Part shown: piece by piece, positions 25,804-37,800 of the stretch
How positions within the stretch are numbered: the stretch's first letter is position 1
Layout of the letters: each line of letters begins with the position of its first letter
IMG/VR virus record: IMGVR_UViG_3300006104_000001
Span: 1-57,826 of that record
Direction: 5' to 3' (one strand)
DNA length: 57,826 nt
Origin: a virus
Taxonomy: Duplodnaviria > Caudoviricetes
Position numbers and translations under genes: made by a program
Notes under the pieces: model-generated
What the model was told of the DNA's origin: nothing
The model's input: only the letters and a program-made list of their open reading frames with translations
Databases searched by the model: none

Positions 25804-28800
25804 AAAGCATCTGCTGGATACTCTTTGTTTTAGGCCTCATTGAGGACAATACCTGTTGTTTAGCGTCCTTTCGGCTCTGTTCAAGGATTTTATGGACAAG
25901 TTTATGGTCTTCCTCAGTGGGATTTTTAGCCATTTGTGGAGTGATTGCGGCGCGGGTAGCTTGTTGGAATGCTTTTCCTGCTAGTTCCGAATACTTCCGG
26001 AACATCTTGTCATCCATGTAGTGAACTTTACCTGTCACTGGATCGACATACCTGCGGGTTGGCTTATCCGGGGCAAATGCCTCGTCCGGATGCTTGGCAT
26101 TCCAGTTGGCAAAAAGCCTATCTGCCGGTTCGACCTTGGGTACTTCCCTACCCTGCATTGGGGTCAACCTAGAAACCATAGTCCCCTCTTTCTTGATGGG
26201 ATTGCCATAGAGATCGATCCTGGGTTCATTGAGTGAACCAAATGGCAATGCTGATTGACCTACCCGCTGGGCAATGCGTGGGATGAGTTCTTTGGGGTTG
26301 CCCTCAACGCTTGTTTCCCTGACATAAGGATCTGATGCCCGGATTGGCTGGCGTAACAGGTTGGGCACAAAGCTCGCGGCAAAGTTTGCCGCCCAGTCTG
26401 CGGCGTTTTGAGGGTCACTGGTAACTCCGGCGATATCTTTTAATCCTTTACCAAAAGATTTTTCCTGAAATTGATTCCATATACCGCCAAAAACCTGCCC
26501 TAAGATTTCTTTTCCACTGGCTCCATCGCGAGCAGACTTTGCGGCTCTAATCATGTCAAGGGTTGTACCAAGGACTGTTGCAATAGGCTCGATGCGGCCA
26601 TAATTGTAAGTGGTTCCATTGACCTTGATATGATAGGCAGGAACCCCAAGACGTTCGGATAATGCCTTGTCTCCCTTGTTGTGGGATTCACTGCTTCCAG
26701 TAAATAGGATTTTTTTCTTGTCGTCGTCCTGATCTCCTGCGGCGGCACCCCAGAGAGCGGCCATCAACGACCATGCGAGAATCTGCTCTGAAGTGTCTCG
26801 GATCATTTCAGCGCCGGCATAGGGATGGGGGTTAAGTTTTCCGTCTTGGAATTTGTAAAAACCCTCTCGCCCCATCTTGTAGAGCATGGTTGCCGTACCT
26901 ATAGGTGATTTTCTAATTCCTACGCGGGGGATATTGTAAAGAACGCGTACAAAGGGTATGAAGAATCTTCCAGGAGTATATCCCCTGAGGCCACGTTGAA
27001 GAGCTTCCGCTCCGGCCTCGACGATGTTGCCACCCGACTCATCCATGTTCCGAAGTGGTGTCTGGAAAGCCAGATTTACGGCATGGCTAACAGCACGCTC
27101 CCATGATTGAGATCCAGGTGTCGTGATTTCGCTTTGAATGTATTTCGCCATCTCATCGCCTTCATATCCCTCGGCCTTGGCAGATCTGTAGGCCTGTGCC
27201 CCGACTTCCATGTGGGCGATGATGGTTTTCACGGCATCGTCCATGAAGGCCAGTGCCCTCATTGGCATACGGATGATCCTGCCTGCCTTGCCGGGAATAG
27301 CGCCACTTGATGCATGACCGACGATCTGCCCCTGATCGAGCTTCAGATTGTGACCCAACAGATCATAGTCGATCATGGATTGTTCGGCGTCCCATGCACG
27401 AAGGCCTGCTCGGACAGCATTGCTTACCCCTGGAACGATTCCTTTCATGATATATTTGAACTCTCCCATCTGAGTTCCCTCTGGATTGCCGATTGCCGAA
27501 TTTACTAAAGCCTCCATGCCTCTCTGTATGGTGTAATCAATCGCTCCATTAACACCCATTCCGGTAAAGTTAGCCGCGTGTGTCACCATTCCTGAAAGGA
27601 TTGAGGACATCCAGTATTCGTGAACCATGTTTAGGGCATTTCCGTTACTTGCAGAAATGGTACGTCCCAGTTTGATCGCATCGACAGGATCCGCGATATT
27701 GAAAGTGCGATTGGGCTTCTTCTTGGCAAGACCTGCATCCTCACCCATTCCCATGAGTTCGAGTGCTTTCTGAAACTCGGATTCAGCTTTATCAAGGTTG
27801 ATTGGAGATCTGGAGTTGAGTCCGGATGGCGGTTGCTCGATGTCACTGGCACTCATTCCTTTCTCGAACTTGGCAAAATGCCTTGAACGGAAGCTGTCTT
27901 GAAATTGTTTCTTGAGGTTTTCGACCTGCTTGACGCTTAATCCGGTGGCTTTTGCAGTGTTTTCAAATGTTTTTCCCTTCTGAAGGAGCCTGATTGCCGT
28001 TTGCTCATTGGGACGGAAACTTCCGATCAGGTTTTCGCTGACCTTGCTTCCGATCAAGGAGACCTTGACCTCTCCGTTGAGGATGTCGTCAAGAGAGACG
28101 CCCATGCTTTCGAGAGCTTTCTTTGCTGATTCCATCTGGGCATCGACGATTTTTGAAAGAGCATTAGACTTTTCTGCGGCATCTTCTATTGCATCGATCC
28201 TACGAGATTCTTCAGGAGATGGTGAAAAGATCATCTTTGCCAGAAACTCACGATGGCGATCTGCCGGTGACTGAAAGGGATCCACGCGGGATCGTAATCC
28301 CCTCGCCTGTTCGGTTCCTGTCTGACGATAGGCATAGATCAGTTTGGCAAGTTCGGCACGTTTTGCGCTGTCGGTAGAGGCTCCGGCGAGTTCACGAGCC
28401 ACCATCATCTGAGCGGCCTTTGTCTCGGCAGGATTCAGGGTTCCGCCATTCATTCCGGCATCCATGATCCGCTGGCGAGTACCAGCATAGTCATTATCAA
28501 GAAGGTTTTTCCCCTCTGCGGACCACTGGGATTCTTTCTGCTTGGTAGCGATGGTTTTTCGGTACTCATCAACTCCCATGATCTGCGGATCAAGGGCACC
28601 TAATCCTAATTTAGGGTTTCCAATGGTACGACTTCCGGATTTCTCTGCCTTGGCTAGATTTTGCCAATCAGAGATGTCCCTCATGGCATTTTCCACATCG
28701 CCTTTCAGGTCAGATCCTTCTGGATTGAGTGGGTTTCTTGCAAAAAGAGTATTCCTTCCCGACTGATCGGGTGGCGTGGGGCGATCATTGATCCCCTTAA

Positions 28801-31800
28801 ACATGACATCAAATGGAACAATCTTGCCATCTGGCCTCTTAATGAAGTTTCCCTCATGAGCATCACGCATGAGGATTCCTGTATCTCCATGCTTGTATTG
28901 ACCATATCCATAGTCCCCGGCAAATGGCTCCCACCCCTGAGTTTTTAGGTATTCAGGAAGATCATTGCCGGTAGGGTGCAGGCCTTCGAGGTAAGGTTGG
29001 GAAGTCCAGATGGATGGTTTTCCGGTTTTTGGATCTTGGCTTATTCCAAGGAAATCAACTTTTGCACTTGGAACCTCCCGCGAAAACTCATCTAGCCTCC
29101 GTAAGTATTGGAAGGCTGATTTGCCTGGGAATCCATATTTTCCATTTGCCGTAGCCTTAACAAGGCGCTGGGTTCCATCGCTTCCTGTTATCTTCCAAAC
29201 ATGGTGCTCTGTTTGGCCTGCATTATTTTTGTCTTTTGAAAACTCATCAATAGCATCTTGAGGGATGATCCTATTGTTTTCTTTTGCCCAATCAATGAGG
29301 GCCTTGTCATGATCCCCGATTACACGATTGTCGCTGACGACCCCCGCATATTCCGGTGTTTTGCCCCCAGTAATTTCGACAAACGCGCGTTCCGCTGGAA
29401 TTGCTTGTCCGACTCCTCCTTGCTCAAGGTCTGCGGAAGTGATTTCTCTGGGAAGAGCGGAGGGCGTCCGGTTTTCTGTGCTGTTTTCTGTGTTGTCATG
29501 CGTTAAGTCTTCATTATCCCAAGACAATTTGCCAAGGTTTTCTTGGGTGCGTCCGGCCATTTTATCGCGGATGGCCTGCATTTTCTCTTCTGGGCTGAGC
29601 GGTTCGCGGGAATCAAGCCCCTGCGGCTTTCCTTTGATGGGGGTATAGGATAGCTTTTCCCCATTGTCGGAAAGGAACTTGTAGAAGTCCTCAAGTTTAC
29701 CAGGAAGCAGAGAGCCGCGCATGAAGTTTCCTTTGCGAACCATTTCTCCACCTGCGAAGAACTTGTTAAAGACAGGGTTTTGCCAGTATTTGCCACCTGA
29801 CGCCTTGCTCTGGGGAACCTGAACAAACCGGACTTGTGACTGAATGGGGTCACTCGTGATCGTAAGTGTTTTATCTCCATTTTGGATATCGTAATCCTGA
29901 GCTTTTACAAAACTTTGGAAATCATTGATCGGTTGCCTGTTAAGATCCTGAGTTGCACGGATTTTGGTGAAATTGTTTGGGAGAAGGATACCCATCTTGC
30001 TTTCTCCGGAGTCAGTCGTGTAATTGATGACTTGGCCTGTGCCTCGAAGTTCTGCCAAGGCGGCAAGTAGATTTCCAGTAACGATGTTTCTGGTATTGGA
30101 AACGTCTGCGGTGGCATCCCACTCCCTTGCACCGCTTCCAATGGCAATCTGGAACTTGTCGATCTGCGAAGCCGGAACCTTCAGGGTATTTGTGGTGTCG
30201 TTTGTACGGATAGTGAAGATTTGCTTACTGGGTGTGATCGGGCTGGATTTATCAAGATCAACGGATTCGATGACGGCCAGGCCTTCTGACCCATCAGGTC
30301 GTGTGTAGGAAAGAATACGACCCATCATTCTCATTCCAGTGGCAACAGTGCTTGCCATCTGGCGTTGCTGGGCTAGGAAGCTCTCCTTCTTCTCATCCGT
30401 CCAGTTAAGGGATCTCTTGGCCTTAACCTGCTCGGCTTCCGTATAGAAGTCGCGGGCCATTTTTTCGTAGTTCTGCAAATCATTACTGGAAGTTGCCCTC
30501 TTGTTGGTGGCAAGCGTAGCCGCCTCATCTCCACTAATGGGCTTTTTACCCATCTCTGCATGGACTGTTTCCAGATAGCTCGGATCGGAAAACACCGAAT
30601 CCCCATCTCCGGCGTGCGTAAAGACTTCACTGGCCGTTGTCTTGGCCTTAATGTCCATCGGCTTTGCTTCCAGATCATTCTGTCCCAATTCATTGAGATA
30701 ACTGATGTGGGCATTGTATTCATCCGTCACCTTGTCCCAGAAGTTTTGCTGTTCCTCGACAGGAAGGACAGCCAGGTAACTGGTGATCATGCGGGCAGTA
30801 TGGCCGTCCGGATGCTCCTCCATTGCTGATTTTATATCATCGAAACTCTTTATTTCCCCATCATCACTGAAAAAGTTTTTCTTGAGTGAACCGCCAAGGT
30901 TGAAAAGCTGATTGGCGAGATCCTTATCCTTCATGAGGAACCGGAAGGCGATTTCGTCACCATATTTGTTGTAGATGTCGGTGTTCTTGATCCCCTCACT
31001 GACATCGCTTTTAGCATTGCTGGTCGTATTGGCATTCAGTTTAGCCATCTTGCTTGCAAGGATCGCGGCTGGGCGCTTCTCTGCGGGAAGAGCAGTTTGA
31101 AGAAGCGTGTATTCCGGAAGCCTAACTTGCCCGGTTCGGTTAATGCGTCCCAGCGTTTGCATGAACTCGTTGATGTCCTGATGGGGCTGGGCAACGATCA
31201 TGACGCGGGGAGACTGATCCTTGGCCGTCTCACTTGCATGGAGACTGACTCCGGTTGAACCACTCTGGTTCAGGATAACAAAATTCAGAGGGCTATTATT
31301 AAATGCCTTGATGACATTTCCCTTGTGAATGCTGGTTTTCTGCTCGTGATCTGGGCGTGAGTAGATTTCGTTGTATTCATCAAGCCTAGATTTCCGACCA
31401 GTGATTTCGTCAGTAGCAAAGTTATTACCCGATTTCTCAACCTTACTTCTGATATAATCGATTGGGGAAATGGGAAGATCACCCAGATCGGCCTGGTCGA
31501 TCTCGGCGCGGGCATCCTGGTGGACATCCCACATTTTGCGTCGCATCAGTTCTTGAGCGGCCTTTGGATCTGCCTCAACAACCTTTGTTCCATCTGGAAG
31601 AACACCTTTTTTGACAATGGCCTGTGCAAGCTGATTGTCGCTGAGACTAGCGAACTCTGGATCAGGAACTCCTGTGATGGTGAACTTTTCGTGTTCGTCG
31701 TTGGCATTCTTTTTTCCAGTCTTAAAGGTAAGCATTCCATCGAGATACTTTTGGGTAATCCCCTTATAGGACATATCGTAGCCACCATTTTTAAGATCTT

Positions 31801-34800
31801 CGACGATCCCCTCCATCGTATTCTGGACAGTGACAACTACCTTTTTACCTTGACGCATTTCTTGAATTGCCTGTTCAGCGGCGGCATCTGCCTTGATGGC
31901 AAGTAGGTATTGACTGACTACATTGTGCAGTTGGGATGCAAAATCGCTATCCATAGCGATATTGGATCCTTTTTCAGCACTGAACCGCTTGGCCTGTTGG
32001 GAAATGACACCATTGATGGCATTGGCGGCTTGCTTCATCTTGTCCTGAACTCCCATGATCGTTCTCAGGGATTCGGTCAGGTTGTCGGCTAACTTGGCAT
32101 CTCGTTCAAGATTCTCCTCGGTAATATGAGTATTAAATTTAATGCCCTCGAAGCTACGTTCGCGGCGAAGGTATTGACCAGCACGAGCAAGCATCTGAGA
32201 TGCTATCTGCATGGCAGGGACTCCTCCGTGGTTCATCAGGTCAACAAGGCCATCCATTCCTCCGGCCATTTTCCCAAGAGCAGTCTTGAAATAAACACCC
32301 ATTGTTTCGGGTCTCTTGATCGCGGTCGCAGAGGAGTAATAGGCGTGTTTTGCGTTATTCAAGAGATCACGCATCCGGTAGCCGATAGTCGATTTGCCTG
32401 CCGCCAGATGACTTTCATCAAGAATAAATACGGCTTTTGGCCCGAATGCTTTAAGAGCTTCCGTCCTCCATTTTCCAGGAGGTGCCTGACCATCCATTAC
32501 CATACGCATTGCCACCTTTGTCGGTGCGGCCTTGCGGTCGGTATCGGACTTTAACTGATCATAAGTGGTGAAGATGGCATTGGCTCCGTTGTGTAGCTTT
32601 CCATTCTTGGTAGCTTCCTTCCAATAGGACTCTCCATAATTGAGCTTGCGATCCTTTGCGGCGTCAAAATCACGCGAGGAATCAAGAAGGGCTGGGACAA
32701 TGTGTTCAGCGCCAACATCGACTAGATCGCGGGTAAGCATATCGCTTTGCAGGGTGCGATCTTTAGTGATAAAAACAGGGATAAGACCATTTTTCTCTGC
32801 CCATCGCATCAGTGCGGCGGCAATACGCCCCTTTCCGATACCTGTCTGATCTCCAATGATGAGCGCTCCATCATTCTTGAAGTTATGAATCGCGGCGGCA
32901 ACGCCATCGACTTGCTCTCCGGATAGGTACTTCGAGATGTCCTCACCATCCTTGTAACCCAGTTCACTGTGCACCCACTTCCCTAGATCGCCATACTGCT
33001 CTTCCATTTTGGCAAATGCCTCCTTGGCGGCAGAGGCCATATTGGTCGGGATCAGTGTATCGACCCCCTTGACCTTGCTGAAGGGTTCGTAAGCTACTTG
33101 GAATTGATCTGCATCCGGAGTTAGTTCGTTTCCGGGTCGTGGGGGGTTATCTGTTGAAGGACGTACTCCACCAGATTGTTCACCTTCTCCCCTGGAGTTG
33201 TTTCCTGATTGCTCATCAGATCCTCCGGAACGTCCAAATTCGTCTTGTCCAGAACTGCCAACATCCATTCCTGAAACTGGCTCTTGGCCTCCGGACTGAA
33301 TTTGTCCGCTGACAGGTTCGGAAGGGGTTCTTGGAGCATTGTTCCGCTCTGATCCTGTATTGCGTTCAGGATTTCCGACAGGTTCTTGTCCAGGGATGTT
33401 CTCTCCTCTGGGCTTTGAAAGTCCGGAGAGCCTACCAACCATGTCGCCCACTTTCGAGCGCAGGTCGTCCTCTGTGATTCTGTTTTGCTGGATACGTTGT
33501 TCATCGGTCAGTTGGGTTGTTTTCCAGAGATCATCCCATGTATTGATGATACGAGGGGCTTTGTAAGAAGGCAACGCGATCTCTGAAGGTTTCGTGCCGA
33601 CTAGGGTGATGACATCCACCGGCCAACCCGCTCCCTGCTTCTTGTAGAGGTCGCCATTGACGGTGAAATGATCGACAACTCCGTAGTTGTCATAGAGATA
33701 TTTGAAAAATGCTCCGCGCTGGCCTCCGGCGTAATAACTTTGGCGTGCCTCATCGGAAAGTTGTTTTGGTGGTCCTCCGATAATCAGTGTGGCGCGGCCA
33801 CGATAGTCGCGATTGTCCACGACTGGTTGCATTTTCCGGTCTTGGAATTGCGATCTTGCCGAATGGTTTTTTTTAGCTTCCGCTTCTTCGTCCGTAATTA
33901 GCGATTCCAGTGCTTTGGCATTAATGGCATGATCGATCTGGGTGGTTTCCCCAAAAGGAGTTTTGAAAACTTTGGCCTTCCCATCTTCTCCCATGACAGA
34001 TCCAAAGGGAGCATTTGTGATGACTCGATCTACTTTATCATTTTCATCCATTCCTGTTGCAACTTTTGGTGAGAACTCCGTTGCATCTTCAGAAGTAACT
34101 CGCGTATGCGGGTTAGGCATACCCGATTTCACATAGTTATCGACCCTGTTGGGATCAAGTTCGTTAAAATGAATGATCTGGCCGAAATTGGAATCGATTA
34201 ACAACATTCCATGACCTGCTGATGGTTCATAAACCCGAAACCCATTTGCAAGATCTGCGAGTTTATCGGCAACATAAGCCAATGGCGCAGGAGTGGAATA
34301 TGCCTGATTGATCTTTGATGTGCTTGTTTGTGCCCCTAATGTTGGTTGATTTTTGTAGAGATCAATTAACGATTTATAGGCCTCATCATCTTCCTGGCTA
34401 TGAACGATATCTTTGGCGGCCATTACGATTCCGGCCTCGATAGACTCTTGGACTTTTTTGATTCCACCCTGTTCTGCTATGCCCTGATTATCGATTAAGT
34501 CTTTTACCTGAAAAGAATCGCCGCCTCGAGATGCTTCCTCTGCAAGGTCAGCGGATTTCATAATTAGTTCCCGATGCTTTTGATCTTTTATTTGTTCAGG
34601 AGTATATTCTGTTTTTTTAAGTTCTTTTGGCCCAGATGGATCATGCTGGTTGAGAAATTGCCATATCCTGACGACATCTTTTCGTTCTGCACCAGATGTT
34701 CTTTCTTCATCAAAAATACGTTGCGCGACTTTCCTTAGTCCATTAACCGAGGCTTGAACAGCTTCATTTCTGGTCGGGTATTCTGTATCGCTTGTAGTAT

Positions 34801-37800
34801 TGAAAGGTCCACTGCCACCTCTCATGCTAGTATTGTAGGAAGTTTTCGTTACCCAGTTCCCATTAGGCCTTTGACCAACTTCAATTTCAGCATTATTTAG
34901 GGCATTTTTGCTGGGTAGTATTAGATGCTCGTAATTTGAAATTTGCGGACCATGCCAATCGTGAATATCTCCACTTCGATTCCCTGGTGTTGCTGGTTCT
35001 GGATGCTGTGGAAGTGGTTTATTCTGCTCATTAATCTCTGCAATCCGTTCAAGAGCCATTTTTTCAACCATCTTTTTACGATCCATGTAAGCGACTAGAT
35101 GCATACCTGATGACATCGTTTCGTTCCACTGATTCAAAAGATCATTGACAGCTTCTTCGGTTCTTGTTTTTGCACTATTGATTTTTAACTCGATCTTTCT
35201 ACCTTCTCCCCATGTTTTTGTTGCTTTGATTTGAGAATCTTTTAGGGATGCAATGTAGTTTTTCCTGATAAAAGCACTCTGTTTTTTAACCCAATCATCC
35301 ACCTGGCGAGCATCAGTGAATCTATCAAGAATACTATTATTCTTGATTGTATCCCCTTCGGTTGAGGTGTCTTGAGTAGATTCAGAATCGATATTTTGAC
35401 GAATTTCTGTCGATTTCGGCGTTTCGATGGGTTCTTTTGGCTTGCGAGCGTTGTCGAAATGCGTTTTCCAGTCGGTGACATCATCTAGGCTTGTGTCAAC
35501 TGCACGAAGAAGGCTCCAGATTGCCTTTGAGTATTTAGGGAGCTTTTCCGGAGAGATCTCATGGAGTTTGGCGGCAAATGCCTCTGGGGTTTTGATCCCC
35601 TCATCAAGTAGTTTTTGAGCTACTTGCAGGCCTCCTATGATTTTGTCTGGAGGCAGACCTTTATCGAACGTCTCCTCTTCCTGATTTACTGCAATCGGCT
35701 CGCGGGAATCCAATCCATCTGCAAACTCCTTGAGTGCCTTGTCACCTTCTGAAAGAGGTTTTGGCTCTTCTGGCTTGATGTTCCTGGTTACAGGTTGTTC
35801 TAAAACGGCATTTTCGGGTGTTTTTTCGGGTACTTGCTCGTTTTTCTTACTTACCCATTGATCAAATGCTTCTTTGGATCCGGATTGAGTTGTAGGAAGT
35901 TTTAATCCGCTAATCCGAGTAAAAATCGACCTACTGATCTTGTTTTCTGGCAATAGATAGTCCGTCCATTTTCCATTTTCGATTGCATTATAGAGAGCGG
36001 GGGCAATTTTTTTACTGGCTTTAGCCGGTATTGCCTCATTACCAAGCATTTTCTCAATAATTTCAGGAGTATGCTTTTCAACATCAGGATTTCTTCTTGC
36101 CCACTCTTGAGCATCTATAGCCGATTTGAAATCAACGGCTTTTTTACCATCGTAATCGACAAGAGTTACTTTGTTTTCTTTACCCTTGGGTTCAAGAATC
36201 CATTTTGTTGATGATCCATCGTGAAAAGTAACTAGATGAGGGGATTCTTGAGAAGGTTTTGCCTCCTCTGCTGATGTAGGGCGTACCTTTCCTTCTTTGA
36301 TGGAGACATTTTTACCCTGATCAACAGCCTCTGGATGAGTCAGGTTAATCATCTTTGCCATATAATCAGATGAGGCCGTCACCATCTGATCAAGAGCAGG
36401 GCTATACTGGGAGGTGTTTTCGGAAACTTTCTTTAGGCCGGCCAAAGCATCTCGCAGAAAGCGATAGACTTTCTGGATAAAGTTACCTGCCTCGGCGTTT
36501 TCCGTGATTCTTCCAGTAACTCGCATTTCTGCTAACTGACGACCCAATTCATTGACAAAGACAAAGGGATTCCGCGACCCCTCTGGTTTTTCGGAAAGTT
36601 GTTCTAAAATCTGAAGAGCGTTTTTGTGAGCAACATCATCTTTGCTCGAAACAATCCTGTTTCCGTCAGTGTGATAGCTATTCCATGAACCGATAATTGC
36701 TTTTGCAAAATCCTTTCCTAGATCTGTGTCCCCAAGGTTATTGAGGTCTTTGTGCATTCCGTCAAAAACATCAAAACTCCTCTTGTTGACATAATCATCG
36801 AAATTTCCACGGCTTGTTTCCGGAAGGTTTAACCATTCCTGTTTTGCATTAAGCAACCATCCTGCATGACCTATCTCCTGCGCGGCTACAGCATGGGCAT
36901 ACTCTATCGAGTCGCCATCATAGGTTGCCCCTCCGTAAATTGATCTACCTTGCCCTTTTAGAGCCGCATTTTGGCTAACAACAGGGTTGTATTTGATCGT
37001 GATGTTTCCATCTTTGTCAAAAGCAGTTCTGGCACCTCCTAGTCCGCCCTCCTTTTTAAGTTCATCTGCCCCCGACTGCTCGACCTTGATTCCAAGATCG
37101 TTTGAAACCTTTTCTAAGTTTCTGAAGATGTCTGCATGGATTTTAACTCTGTCCGATGCATTAGTGAAATTTGTGTTCCTGGCATTTGCTTCGATCCGTT
37201 GTGCAACTCTTGCTCTTGCCTCTCGTAATCCTGAATCGTCACGCTCTGATACCGGAGATGTTCCCACATCAGATCCTGATCCCTCGATGTTTCCTTCTGT
37301 TCCCTGCTCACCACTTCGAGCACTTCCGACAGGTTGTTGACCCTGTTCTGTAGATCCGCTCTCTGTAGATGCTCCGTTAGGCGTTGAGGGTTGCTGTTGT
37401 GGGGCAAAGGATTCATCAGGTGTGGGTTGCTTGGATTCTGGAGTGGATTCAGGCTTTGTAGGAACTCCTTCTGGATAAATGTTCCTGAGTTGTCCGGTTT
37501 CGTCCAATGGAATCATTTGTGCGGCAGTCGGCGCTTTTCCTTCCATCCATCGGGTAGCCGCATCGGTAATGATTGGTTTTCCCTGTTCGATTCGGACAAG
37601 AGGGGGCGTCTGGGTAGCCTGTCCTGTTGTCGGATCGGCAGAAACTCGTGGCTTGAGAAGTGAATCGCGCTCCTCTCCGGTCAGATGCTCGATAGGCTGG
37701 CCGTTTCCTAGCTTTGCAAGGCCTGTAGCAATCGTTTGATCTCCCTGATCGGGCAGAGAGTGGATTTCCTGTGCCGCCTTGAGGGCTAGATCGGATTTTT

